DNA of 55,553 nucleotides, taken from contig ADNK01002810.1 of assembly GCA_000320545.1 (NCBI GenBank), forward strand, positions 1 to 55,553. Direction: 5' to 3'. The DNA is from Bigelowiella natans CCMP2755 (lineage: Eukaryota > Protista > Cercozoa). Shown in pieces: positions 10,473 to 24,586 of the stretch. Positions within the stretch are counted from its first letter, which is position 1. Every line of letters begins with the position of its first letter. The translations under genes and the position numbers were made by a program. The notes under the pieces were generated by a model. It ran no database searches. It saw nothing but the letters and a program-made list of their open reading frames with translations, and was not told the origin of the DNA.

Positions 10473-10488
10473 TGTTAGTCAAATCGTT

Positions 10489-10506
10489 TCCCGTGTGTGG
10501 AAGCCA
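10489..10506 (-). other. Putative tRNA primer-binding site
   Basis: TGGCTTCCACACACGGGA begins 5 nt after the 5' LTR and is complementary to a tRNA 3' end ...GGAAG-CCA. Confidence 0.6.
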
Positions 10507-10511
10507 AAGGT

Positions 10512-10837
10512 TGTTGCGCGTAAGGTGTTCACAGGCCGAGGCGCTACGTGCACAAGTAGGCAGGGGGGGGGAAAGGCACGTTTGCTTCCTTTTGAAGAGT
10601 TGTGTTTATTTTTATTAAAGATTATATTTTTATTAAATCGTGCACTGCGTAATCATTCGCGAAGCTTTCGCGAATGCCGCCGCACGTGGGGCAGCACACT
10701 TCCGGTGTGCTGCCATGAGTCCCGCCGGAACCCACGTGCCTATGCTGTATTAATATCTACGTTATCTATATTCTATATCCGCGACAACCCCTTTGTTGTC
10801 GCACGTGACTTGTGCCCGCGTAGTGGTACGCGCTACA
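10512..10837 (-). repeat. 5' LTR
   Basis: Direct repeat of 5123-5448. Confidence 0.97.
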
Positions 10838-11937
10838 AAATGAACGAACACAATGTGAGAGTTGTGGCCGCTCTAGCGCTGCACTGCACAGCTACATTGG
10901 AATAGTCCTTGAAAACATTTGATAAATTCAACATCCATCTCATCTTTGCGCACATCGTGCCACATTGCTTTCTAGCTTTCTAGCTTTCTAGCTTTGCTCG
11001 TGATGCAGGCTAGAAGGAGGGAAAATTCAAAATGCAGCTAGACACAGAGCTAGAGAGGTTCCAGGATCATCAGGCAAGCTAGTAAGCAAGCTCTGCAAAC
11101 ATAGAAGACATGCAAACACACTAGCACATATAATTTTTAATCTCGCCTAAGTTGACCATCTTGCGATTTTGGGTTGCATTCCGGCTGTAGAAATGTGATT
11201 TCATGATCATGTGCGGACTACATGCACACTCACAGGGCACAAGAATTTGCGGCAAGTCTCATACTTTGCCGACACACTCATTGAGCTGTCTTTCCATGGC
11301 ATTTTAACATCTTGCTCCTTTGCTACAACTTTGATTGATGGAGTCGATTTTGCGACTGTGCTGTCTTTGAGTCTAAGGCTGAAGAGGTCGCAGCAGCTTC
11401 TGGGATGACAACAATTTTGCCAATCACCCTAAGTAGATTTATTGTAGGTTCATCGTTTCGAATGTGTCAAAAAACAGTTGAGTTCGCTATTCCTATAATC
11501 CAACGACACAGCGAACATAAAATGCAAATGCATTGATAACATCGCCGCCTCTCTGAATTCCTTCTTTCCTTCATATCTTACACAGGTAAATCTTATTCAA
11601 TTCGTGCTTTAACTTTTGCGATTACCGTCTATTTTTCAGATCATTAAGTGCTTGCCATGTATCCTTCAGACTGTAAGTCTGGCACGTCATCACAACAACA
11701 GATTCAAGTCGTATTCACATATGTATTTGTACAAAAGCCAACTGTCCGAAAGCCGGACCGAAGAACAATTCATATTGAACGTATAAAAATATTATATTTG
11801 ATTTTCAGAACAAGAAATACGATTCAACGCTCGCTACGAGGAGGGCTTCCTCGGAGTTCCTTTCCGAATTTTTCTTTTTGATTTTCGATGTGCGTTATTT
11901 ATTTTTCTGTTTATCAAAGCGTGACGGCAGCACCAAC

Positions 11938-12084
11938 CGACCTGCGAGACCATATCAGTAAGCTTTCCTTCCTGCATCATCTGTGCAATCTCGCCCATAT
12001 TCTTAAGCGCCCCCATCGGGTTCCTTTTCACCTGTGTGAGCCCCAACGTATTTTGAGTGAAACACGAGACCGAATGCACATACA

Positions 12085-12124
<40 letters not shown>

Positions 12125-12771
12125 CTTTTGCAACCGCCCACACGCGCGCGCACGTACGCGTACAACTATGTGTACCCATGCACCCCAGAAGACGCCGACA
12201 AGAGCGCAGCTCTTGAGCAGCAAAAGGTTTGCAGGGATCCTCGGTATACTTCCTACGCCGTATGCGAGCGAGAACACGATATTCACGTAACAGAGCCACC
12301 ACAATTTCCACAAAACGAATGCCGTGATAAATGACCAGTGTAGAATATATGAGGACAAACGATTTGCAAGCCGAGACGTTAATCGATGCAGCCTCGAAAA
12401 CCAAGGCCAATACGCGAAATGGGGTAAACAACACACACGCCTCCTCATCTCTGTCTACGGCCATCACCGACCTGCTGCAAAGCCGATAACAAGGTATCTC
12501 CCCCCCCACGCCATACACCTGAGGCAGCCCGCATTTGAGAAATCCACCAATCAATCAATAAATCCACCAGCCGTCGTATTCAAAACCGAAAACTCGAATG
12601 TGGAAGTTTATCGAGGCACAAACTGACCGAACAGCCTTTTGCGCGAAGTCGCCGCCCACCGGGTCAAATATGACGTCAACGCCCCGCTTCTTAGTGAGCT
12701 GCTTGATTGTCTTCTTCAGGTCCACTTTGGTATATTGCACAACCTCGTCTGTGTCCGAGAGAGCGAGTCAG

Positions 12772-12820
<49 letters not shown>

Positions 12821-13228
12821 GAGAGGAAAAGAGGGGAATGAGTGTTGGTTGTGATTGACGCAAGAACGATGTAAATCGATGAGTCCTGTTTGCGGCATCC
12901 TCATCCGTGTGCAACCCATTTGATGACTTTATGTACATTTATGTGTGTATTCTAGGCGTTAAAAATTTACCTGCCCCTGCTTTTTTCGCCGCTGCCAGTT
13001 TTTCTGGTGTTGAAGCAGCGGCAATCACCTTAGCGCCCATGGCTTTTCCAATCATCACCTGCAAATGATGATCGCCCCGACTCAGTATTTCAAATGTATT
13101 CGCATTCCCGCAAGGCCGCGTGATGGGCGTGGGGCGAAGGCAAATGACCTTTTGATAACGTTATCTCGGGGTTGAGGATGAGGCTTTAACAATAGCGCAA
13201 TGTAGAGAGAAAAAGAAATGGAAAGAGA

Positions 13229-13274
<46 letters not shown>

Positions 13275-13635
13275 CTAAGCAAACGGAATCGTTTTGGATT
13301 TTCTAAAACGCCCTTCGATTTGCATACCTCTCCGGACGATTTCTCTCCCCCCCTCCTCCCCCCCCCCCTCTCTCTCTCTTTCTGTCTCTAGTTTCTTCCT
13401 AGAAGAAGGTGTGCTGATAGATACCGCAGCCATGCCACATCCACCAGCAGCCCCGAGAACGAGCAAGGTCTCTCCCTTTTTCAATTTCGCTGAGAAACAA
13501 TCGGTGATGAGAATGGGAAGGTATATGATCGATATAGAGGGAGGCAGGCCCCGGCTGGAACTGTCCGCCTCTTCGAATCTTAGTAATGTATTCATCGTAA
13601 CGTAACACACCTTGATGTAATATATGACTGCAAGC

Positions 13636-13666
<31 letters not shown>

Positions 13667-14680
13667 TGTGTGTGCGTGTGCATGTGTTTGTATGCACCGC
13701 GTTGTTTCAGAGCATAATATGAAGTCCCGTGAACCATCATGCTAGCTGCCGCCGATTTGAAGGACATTTCTAATAGGAAAGCAAACTATTTCAAATCTGC
13801 TAAAACGGAGATACCAGTATTAGAGAGGAGGGGGGAAACGAACAATCTCAGGCCACACAACCCTAGTTGCGGTGTACGTCATTACATGCGCAGAGCAGGC
13901 GCTAAATAGGCTACGCTCTATGATTAGGGCACCGTCAGGGATTGGAATTAGCCTATTTTCCGGGCAAGATACGTAACCCGCAAATCCCCCATACGGAATC
14001 TGATGACACACAACAACACAGGTGAGGGGAGCGGCAATACCTGAGGCCACTTGAATACGGATGCATCTAATTAGTAGTTGCATAGATGAAGATGCAAACG
14101 TAAACTGACCGATGTCATCACTCGATCTCCGGGGCTGTACATGCTATCAGCGGCCGCCTCGCAGACAACGCCGGCAAAGTCGGAACCCGGGATAAAGGGA
14201 AACTTCGGCCTGGCCTGACCAAGAAAAGCGTATTCAACACAAGTTCTCACTCTTGTCTAGAAGGCGAAGGGTAACTGTCGCAGCTCTGACACTAACATAT
14301 TCATCAGATCTTGCATACTTGGTACTTCCCCGCGACTAAGAGCATGTCAGGATAATTCACGCTGCACGCCTTCACTTGTACCAACACCTCGCCTGTGCAG
14401 AGTTTTTCAAATTTCAAATTAGCGTATGCAAGAGAGATGACTACTCCAGTGGAAATCACCCTTTCGAAGCTCGGGCCGTTGTACGCTTTCATAGGTGAGC
14501 TCCGACGGCGGTCCCCATTTTCGGCAGACGACGGCCTAAAATCTCGCAATAATCAGGCAACTAATAATTGCCGCTGCGAGTTTCCTAGCGCCTCAACCAT
14601 CCAGTCCCTACTATCACTTTCCGCACAAAAGTATTTCGCTCCTCCCCCCCCCTCTCTTCGACCTTCATTTCCTTTGGCAT
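11938..14680 (-). CDS. NADPH:quinone oxidoreductase (zeta-crystallin/MDR family), multi-exon; 3' end not resolved
   Basis: Exons give MPKEMK|AVVCRKWGPPSELTYE..GEVLVQVKACSVNYPDMLLVAGKYQ, PFIPGSDFAG, HGTSYYALKQR, GETLLVLGAAGGCG, GVDVIFDPVGG, GRYLVIGFAAG and IPANLLLLKSCALVGVFWG. Confidence 0.92.
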
Positions 14681-14915
14681 TCTCTCCGTGCTCCGATACT
14701 CGGATCTGGATTTGGTCAGAAGTGAGGTATCAGGCACTGCGACAACGTAGTTTACGTTGTCGCATCCAATATATCCCCATAGTTTTAAGTATTCCCGCAC
14801 AAAGGGGGATTACTTCTTTTGCGACATCAATGAGCGCATTAAAATCATAAAATGCGGTCAAAATTCGTATTGCGACAAGAAAAAGGACAAACACTGCTGC
14901 CTCCTCCCAGCAAGA

Positions 14916-17171
14916 ATGACGTACGAAGCCCCTATCTTACAGCTGCTTCGTTACAATTAGCTCACTAACACGGGCTGTTGCTATAAATACAAAATTGTGG
15001 CATTCGGTTATGATGTCATTTGTTATTCTTATTAGAGAAGGGAAGGAGGTTACAACGAAAGACATTTGCAAGCGCTTCGAGGATCTCATGCAAATAAATA
15101 CTTCAGCTGATAGTGGGGCAAATACTGGGAGGGAAAAAATCGAATCTCAATTTCTTGCCCTACGCAATGTATCTGATAATCCGTTTAAATGGCATTAAGT
15201 ATGGTGATGGTCGTGGTAGCAGAAGATTGAGTGAGAGATGGCGAATTCATTAAACACGTGCATGTATGCTGCATGCTAGGCGGTATTGTTTCGAGGAGTG
15301 GGTGAGCCACAAAGAAACCCTGGAGGCATCACAACATTTCGTGGTCATTTATGGAAACTCTTTTTAGGAGTCCTCTACGTTGATGACGAGGTTAGATGAT
15401 AATCATTTCAAATTGAAACTTTGTGCACATCAGACAAAGGGTATGTAACAAAATAGGCAGATCCGGTGGAATTGTACATATCGGCCTTAAAGAAGAAAAA
15501 AAGTAGGTTAAAATGTCAGGACGGCCGAAGCTCGTACAAAGCGATACGTGACGACTCCTTTCGGACGATGAGAGGGGAGAAGGAAGTATTTGATATTTCA
15601 AAAGAAGAGCCAAAGGTGAGGGGTTGCATATTTATTTTGATTATTAGCATATATGAGAGTTTCTAATCTGCAATAAGGTGATACGAGTTCTAAATGCTTA
15701 TGTCCATCGGGCAAATAAACCTTATAACCAAGGTAAAATGAAACTTGCTTGAGAGGAAAATCTGTAATATCTTCTAATGGATCAGGAATGAACACAATTC
15801 TCGCCCCGTTTATAGTCTGCATGAACGAGATGGATGCATTTCACTGTTTTCATCATCTTCTCGAAAAAGTAGAACTTCAAGTTTTTTTTTCCGAAATATG
15901 CTTTCACTGGTAGTCTCTTATTGATCAGGTTACCCCTACCTATTGGATGTCATATGAACGAAAGGGCAGTCTTGGAACTTCAGAAGGCTTTTATCTAGGG
16001 GCTCGAGCTGCTTGTCGTCTGGCTGATAAGTTACTCAGAAGAGCACAGATATATGTCGCCTACATTTTGCAATAATCAATGTTCGTTTTTATCGTCTACT
16101 TGTTGGGTATAGGATACTAATAGAAGTCGACCCGGAGCTCCGTGAAAGTCTGATGGATTCAGATGTCGTATCAATAATTTAACTCCTTGATGTTAATGCA
16201 AATTAATCGCAATTTCGTACTATACCCATCTTGCTTTAAACCTTAGATAGCAAGACATTTACCTGGGAAAAGTCGTGCTCAGAGCTTTCATGCGTTATAC
16301 TCGTTTCGTCACATGCAAGTCATAACATAACCTACGACTACCTATGATCCCAAGTTGATGCGATGTCGTAACGCTAGGTATTCACTTTGGTAGCAAGACC
16401 TCTAAAAGAGGTACGGTATTGCATTCCGCTCTATTTCATTGTTTAATCGTTCGACGTTAATTTAGGTTATCCAATTATGGGATCTTTACTTCGCATTAGG
16501 GATGCATGTAATCTATTTTTTAAATATATTTTTGATTTCAATACCAAGAGTGAAAACGAGCTCATATACTGTATCTCATCCAGATGCATGTCGTAGCTTA
16601 CGTAGCCCAGTTGATGCTGATGCGTCATAAGGTACCGTGACTACTTTAAATCTATATCTTATATTTTTTGAATATATGTTAATTAGCACGAAATATTGTT
16701 CGTCTATTAGTTAATGGAAAAGGGGGCAGTAATCAACAATCTTCTCAGCCAAGAAGCATGGCCATCCGTACTTATTCTTCATTCTTCATTTGGAAGCGAT
16801 AATTCTTACTATGTTTTTAATGCAGCTTGATTCGAGAGCTGTAACTTCTCTCACAACAAATTTAACGTCTCAATTATCGGAAAAATTAATAAATGAGGTT
16901 GTAGTTGTAGCATAAATCAACAGAGTGATGACATTATTAACTCTTGCACAATGATCTACAGTTAGAAAATCATACAACTGACCGGGAGCTTTGTATTGAA
17001 TTGACACAGTGGTATTTCTCTTTATTATTATATCTATCAACTCGAACGCACTTCTTAGTATGCTTGCTACTTGTTTAAAACAACAGGTCACAAACTGACG
17101 ACCATGCAAAAAGTTTTTCGAACGGGAGGCGTAGAGCAAAGGTATCCCCAAAACAAATAATGCATAACTAA
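14916..17171 (+). CDS. Bub2/Cdc16-like TBC-domain GTPase-activating protein, multi-exon; 3' end approximate
   Basis: Spliced motifs RGHLWKLFLGV, YKAIRDDSFRT (IxxDxxRT arginine finger), YNQGMNTILAPF (YxQ glutamine finger), EVDPELRESL and VIQLWDLYFALGMH..AQLMLMR. Confidence 0.85.
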
Positions 17172-18331
17172 TTTGTTAACCATGAAGTAATGAAAATTGA
17201 CCAGCTTGAGCAGCCTACATGTACAAATATGAATGTTGTATCGTCGATATAACCCCTATTATTTTATTAAGTCTCTAGAACGCACTACGTCTGGGGGAGA
17301 GGTAATTGGAAAGTCTCGTCCCTCTAACCCAATACAAATCACTGCTACCCCTCGTGGACTAAGGAGTAGAGATCGTGGTAGATCACATGCTGGCCCTCCA
17401 AGTGGTTCAAACGGATGCTTGATATCATAAAAATAAAAACTGTCAACGAAGGAGTGTCGTTGAATTTCACTGCATGTACCTCACATTTTCCATCCAGCAC
17501 GTAGTGACTTTGTTGCACACACATCATTGCTCATGTTCCAATCGTAAACGTCGTCATTTTGTAAGATGGCTGACACAATTTTTTAATTTTGAACATATAT
17601 ATGAAATATGTACGTGCGTGTTGCTATATGTATGTTGTATGCGATGAATTGAAGCATAAATGGCTTAGCCATTATCATTTCTGGGCAAATATGGTATGTT
17701 GCATGAGATGTATAGAGTACACTAGTGCATGCTAGCTAGCTAGATGTCGATGATGGGTGCACATCTAGACATCATTGAGAGACGCCACGCTAGCATGGCG
17801 TCGTGCTAGCTAGCTAGCTGCGCAAACGTGATGTGCACTTCATTTGATTTGACAATGCGAGGTGTCTAAATGTAGCGACATTGTCTTTTGAAACGCATTG
17901 ACTTCCACATGAATGATGATCGACAAAGCTAGAAAAGGAAATTGGACTGTAACAACTTTAACGATGTCATTTAGCGTACAAATCTAGCTATTCTCTAGAA
18001 TCTAGTAACATAAACTGATCAAATGATCGCCGAATAAAAAATCTAAGCAATTAATATGTAATCGATTCGCGCTCGCTGAAACTTCCATACAACCCAACAG
18101 CTGGGGACACATCACCTATAGTGTTTGCGAGTAAGCATGAGATTCCTATTTGTACAATCAGCATCTCACGCGATAGCATCTGCCTACAGAAATATTTGAC
18201 TTATACTCTAGGGAGTGGGGGTGTGAACAAATAGGAAATTAAGAGAAATAGAGAGAGAGGGGGAGAGAGAGGGAGAGAGAGAAGCGACAAAACTGGATAT
18301 ACTCCAGTAATCAAGTATCAAGCAGGTTACT

Positions 18332-18757
18332 TATGTCATCTTCTTCATCATATTCACGCCCGGAAAGAAACCTGATTATCAAGACGAAGAGAGGTAAAGT
18401 TGAAAACTTCAGAATAGCAATGTCATGAGGGAGGTGAGAATGAATATTGATTTTTATTCTTTATTTTTATTGGTATATGATCTAAATTCACTCATGAGTG
18501 TTGATTGATACGCTTGTGTCGATCTTTCTGTGTAGTCTGAACGTGATAATACCCGATATTATCGCCTTCAGCCTGTAATTGAATAGAACAAGTACACGAT
18601 TAAGATAAGGTCTACGTCATTCTGATTAAAGGCTACTCTTCCGTTGCTGACCCATACGTTACAAATGCAGCATTCTTTCTTTCTAGAAGTTTTTCATTCA
18701 TAGCCTCTCTCTTTATCGTTGCAATGTGTACTTATTATATAGATGTATATATTTATA

Positions 18758-18806
<49 letters not shown>

Positions 18807-19191
18807 TTTATACTGTGTTTATACATTGATACACATAAATACATTGAGTGTATACTGTCTACATAAAGTCCCATCCCGAACGATGCTGTAGTAATGCAGG
18901 AAAACAGAAAATCATTTTAGCGAAAACCGTACCGAGCGCTGGTCGAGGCTTGGCGAGACACTTGGCCCTTCACTCACGTATATGCGCTCCCTGAAACACA
19001 TTCAAACAACATTCAGCACACAATATGGGAAACGAAAACCAAGGCAAACAGATGACAACGATAGCATCGGTCTTATTCGCCATGCTCACCCAAAGACATT
19101 CCCTCAAGAAACAAAACATTCTTCGTGCATGAGCACGTAAAATAATAGCATCAAGTCGACTTCAGTCATGTACATCGACGAACATTCATAG

Positions 19192-19228
<37 letters not shown>

Positions 19229-19831
19229 GCGAGCATTCTAAGGATGATTGACTTGTAAACCTGGAATCGAAGCGTGAGCTGCGATACGTGACTGGCAAGG
19301 TGACATTGACGCCCAAGGAATTGCTACTTTCATTGGGATCGTTCTGTGCGAGATTAATTTCTTAGAAATTGCTGATTCTATCGTTTTCTTTCTCTCTACC
19401 ATACTCTCTCTTTCTATTTCTCTCTCTCTATCTCTCTCACTCACACAAACACACAGAGACTCAAAAATGTAAACACACACACACACAGACACACACACAT
19501 CCAAACACAAATACACACTCTTGGCGCATTCTATTGTTTAAAACTATAATTTATTATCTGTCATATTGTCCAAAATAGACATACGGTGGGAAGATTTTCC
19601 ATGCTCGGATCTAGTACGCGAAACAGCCAAAACAGCAGCAGTCACACAAATGTAGAAGAAACGATGAGAAGTGCAAAAAAATAAAACCGCGCGAACACTA
19701 AAAATCCACCAAATCAAATGCCGCTGAATATGTTTACCAAAAGCAATGTCATCACAGTCCATGCTTTCGTACTCAACGATTCTGTGGTAACATAGACCAA
19801 ACAATTCTCTCAAGTACATACATACACGCGA

Positions 19832-19862
<31 letters not shown>

Positions 19863-21301
19863 CAAACACACATACACATGCACAAATACGCACTGTCACA
19901 CATCCTCGCACATTCCTATACATCCTAAAAATATGTATGCTGCACGCTCTGCAGGGCACAAGTACGATATCCTTGCAACTCTACAGTTAATCGCTATCTC
20001 CTCACTGTGCGGTGATAAGCACTAGGACAAGCCCGAGGCCAAGCATTCCAGGGTAGAAGATCATCTACAAAGACATACTCGGTCTACCACATATTGCCAT
20101 GTTGTATGTGTGCATTGTTGCTCTAACCATTCGGCAATGAACGCTTTACGTCAAACCAGATATAGTTTTCAGGTGAAAAATATACAAAAATTTTTATGCA
20201 TATATATATGTGTATATATGTATTTTATATATACATATATATGTTCTCCGTTAGCCCACGCACCATTGCCTCCTGCAGGCTCAGATAGCTCTCAGTCGTC
20301 AAGTAAGACACAGCCAAAACACCAAATCCCCCGATGTTTGCCGTGAGCAGATAGTGCAATGCTATGATACGAGACCGCGTTTTCGGAGTGGAGAGATCGA
20401 CGACAGAGGCCATAATTATTCCCTAATACATCATATTTGCTTTCGATTGAGCGAATCAGCCGTTTTAATTCGACTCGCAAACCGACAACAACGCCATACC
20501 AGCACATGCGACATGAAGGTCGATGGTAAAGAAAAGCATACCCAAAATCGTGGGTAGAATGTGCCTCTAGCTGTTGGCGAAATGGGGGAGATATTCGACG
20601 CGAAAAAATGCAATAAAATGCGATTTCGAGATCAATCTCGCCGAATAAACCGCAAACATGGAAACCCTCTCTCGGGAGTGCAAACAGTATCCTAAACAAT
20701 GCGACTCTCACCGGCCACATCTCTCCGGATATTTGCTGGAACAGAAAGCCTACACGTAACGTGACACACACACACACACACATCACACGCAAAATACAAC
20801 CACATCAAATACCGTTTGAGACAGGTATTTGTGTGTTTTAAGGAATGTGCGACGGGGGGGAAATGCAGCACAGACGTGCTGGCATGGAAATAAACGCCAA
20901 ATACCTAAAAAGGCCCACGGGACCGGGAGCAATAAAGTTGAGAACGCCTGGTTTATTATTCGTCACACACGGAATTCAATTTCCTATTAGCATTTCGAGC
21001 CGTCAATAAAAGGAAGAACGCGGAAGAAGCAAAAGGCATGGCTACCATCGTTGTTTCTTTCAAAACAACGAGGATATAGTTCGCGCCTTTCATGCGCGCC
21101 AGTAGATAGTTTTGTTTTGTGAAATCAGTCAAACAAACCAAAGGGAGTGATATCATCAGCGCCATCGCTAAGACTCGTAAGCGTCCTGCCTCAGTGCTAG
21201 GTGACATCATATGGTACGGATGAGAATTCTATGCGGTTACTGTGCGGCAGTGTGTGGTGGTAGGTAGAGGCATTAATATGATGGATATCAACATATACAA
21301 T

Positions 21302-21346
<45 letters not shown>

Positions 21347-21830
21347 AGAGAGAATTAGAGAGATATCAATCCTCTCTCATTAGCCCCTCTTACATGCACA
21401 TTTTCTATTGACTATTGCCGCACAACTACGAGGACTAGAAACGTCCCGCACAAGAAAATCTCGAAAAGGGCCTCAAATTAGACCGAAAGCATATTTGTAA
21501 TTCACGCATAGAAAAGAGGAAGTAATATACCATAAACTTCTTTTGTCTGCACTTAAATATGATCTCTCTCATCGGGGATGAAAAGATGAAATAAAAGTTA
21601 CCTTGCTACATCGGCTAATGCGCCACCTACAAATGACCCAATACACCCTCCTACTAAAGGCATCCTGTTGTTATGAGAACAAACATTTTATTAATGTGTA
21701 AGTGTGTGTGTGTGTGTGTGTGTGTGTTTATGCCTTTTCGTTTCTTCTGTGGAACTTCTAATCACGTCAATTCGTGTACAAAATGTAAAAACGAGAAAGA
21801 AGAAATGTGTGCATTAAAAAATATATATTA

Positions 21831-21866
<36 letters not shown>

Positions 21867-22678
21867 GATAATATGATTATACTATTCATCTCATACATAG
21901 AGTGCGAGAGAGAAAGAGGACAAACACAAATGTCTCTCTTGCAGGCATCGTATGCGCCTCCGTGACAAAACGTATCCAAAGCCGCAACAAACGAAAACCG
22001 AAAAATACTCGGTCAAGTTACCATGAAAACTCGAAAAGTATCTCAAACTCACTGCACTTTCGCACTCCGTTCACCCCAAAATACCTACGAAAAAGAGGGT
22101 CGGCAATTCTCTTCCAAAAAAAACAAACGCAGCAACGCCATCGCCGCGATGCTTGCAATCGCTACTACCCCCCATTCCTCGTATGGATGTAGTTGGCAAG
22201 CACAAGGCCCACAGCGTTCAAAACGCCTCCTGTCAGCCCCAGAATCATCAACCCAGGAGACGTGAAATAACTGTACATTGCCTGAGTTTCCCCGCCATCA
22301 AAACAACCAAAATATCAATGAGAAAATACGTACTGGACGCGTGCGAGTTGGCCGCGTGTCCACGCTCTCTATGGAACATATCTCGTCTTACGCATGCGAA
22401 TAAACCGTACCTCTCCAATGGATGGCGAACTTGCCACTTCAGATGTAGGCAACGGCCTTCGATGTTGGAAATCATTGATGAATAGTCATTGACTTGTTTG
22501 AAAGTACGGTTTCGCGTGTGAGAGTGTCGCGTCGTCGTAGTAAATCGTTGACTATGTGTGATTGAAAGGGGCAATGCAGTGGAGAGAGCGCAACTTAGAT
22601 CACCTTTTCAGAAGGCGCAACTGAGTTCTTACGATTCTCGATAAGCCTTTTAGCTTCACATCCGCCTTTGTATATAAT

Positions 22679-22747
<69 letters not shown>

Positions 22748-24535
22748 AATATGTGCATATGTAATGTGACTGTAAAAATTATGTATTTGCGTTTTGAATA
22801 TACACACATCGCCGTGTGGGTGAATCTTTAAAAGTGTGCCCTTCGTCCCAAGTGGGACTTTGCCCTTGTCCACTAGTTCTGCAAGTTTCGTAAAATTTAT
22901 GTGGAAGGAAAGCGGGGAGGGAGGGTGGAGGTGCGAAGAAAGCAAACGATTGATAAATATGTACATAAAACGAGCGATTACAAATTGGTATGGCTTGGGA
23001 CGAAATACGACGTAATATAAGTTCATCTTCGTCAACGCCATTGCATTCTTACAGTGGAAATTCAATATTTTCAAGTTCTAGATGACGAAAAGGGAGGGGA
23101 GTGGGGGAGGAATGGTGTTAGGGGCGCCGGGGTTGAGCTTCACTTACTTTGCTTTGATTTAGCAGAGCCATCAAATTCTTTTAATAATAGAACGCGAAGA
23201 TCCTCTGCGCTACCACTGCAAAACATGTCCATTTTCATTCTAAAGATCCTTACAAGCCAATTATGATTTTTACATGACTTCTTTCTATGCTTCGTTGGGG
23301 TGTCATACAAGAAGCATCATGCTTTGATCGCTTCCTCGCAAAGGCAAGACTTGAGCCTCATATACGACAAAAGCTCCGAATCTACTTCTTGCATTTTCTA
23401 TCTTCATTTCGTTTCAGGCTTTGCTATAACTCTCTCTTTCACAAGCGACGTCGTCTCTCCCTGTGCGAATGCACGTGTTCTCGTATGGGCATGTGTTAGG
23501 GTTTGTGTTTGTGTTTGCCTTTGTGCGTGTGTGTATGTGGGTGTGAGTCTGTCTTTACCCGTATACTTGCGAGTTGAAAAAGGAGTTCTGGAACTCATTC
23601 TTCCTCGTGGTGTTGGAACCCGCTGTGAAGTGCGTGTGTGATCCTGAATGGATGTTACTAGACACGGTCCCCTCTGCCACACCGCACAATCAAATACAGA
23701 AATATGAGTTATGAACAAACACATTGCATCAGGCGGATATGTTCGCTAGCCATTTCTCGATTGAGTGATCGCTCTTAAAAGCAAGCGTTTGCTCTAGGCA
23801 ATGGCTCGTCTTGCGAAAGGAAAGGTAGCGGCATCAGTCGTAACGAAGATGGATCGTATTATAGGTACTTCCGGAAGCTGACTTCGACTGCAACATGGAG
23901 GCCTTTGCTCTGATAAGAATTAACATTTACAACCTCACGATAGTACTGATGACGCTTCAAACAGAAAAAAATGAGACTGGGTGCGTTGATAGAACATCTC
24001 AGACGATTCCTTTTTTTCTTAGCTTTGTAGCATCAGTGCACACCGAAAATCCCACACCCTTTCCCCCCCTTCCTGATTTAAGGCAAACTCTGCTACAGGT
24101 GGTATTCGAAACAAAAACAGGGCCAAAAATCCATAGAATACTTACGCAACCAATGGCGTGTACAGCATGTGAATGAACTTCAGAACTTCATGAGAAATGC
24201 AAAAGGAAGTTAAGCTCTCGCATGTACTATTGCATACTCAATCGGTGAGAATCCTCCATCAGACAGAGAGTTTTCTTCGCTTTCAACTCGAATCACGCCC
24301 GTCATTGATGCTGATGCGAAGGAATGTATGGAAAAAGAAGAAAAGGCTATTAACAAGGGGATTATCGAGTGTATGTTTTCGTCAGTAAACGCAAGGTAAA
24401 AGATCAATAAACCGAGGTAAACCAAGAAAGTGCTCGATTTTGCATGTTCAGTGGCTAGCGCTTGCTGCGGAGTTTTTATTCAAAATCTACCAAGGTTGTT
24501 TCCGGACAAAAATCGATCGAGTCTGATCAAATGGA

Positions 24536-24586
<51 letters not shown>

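Larger units (their letters stand above)
5123..10837 (-). mobile_element. Full-length young Ty3/Gypsy LTR retrotransposon
   Basis: Two 326-bp TG...CA LTRs that appear identical, a 4-bp TSD AAAT (5119-5122 / 10838-10841), gag plus pol in PR-RT-RH-IN order, a PBS and a PPT. Confidence 0.97.
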
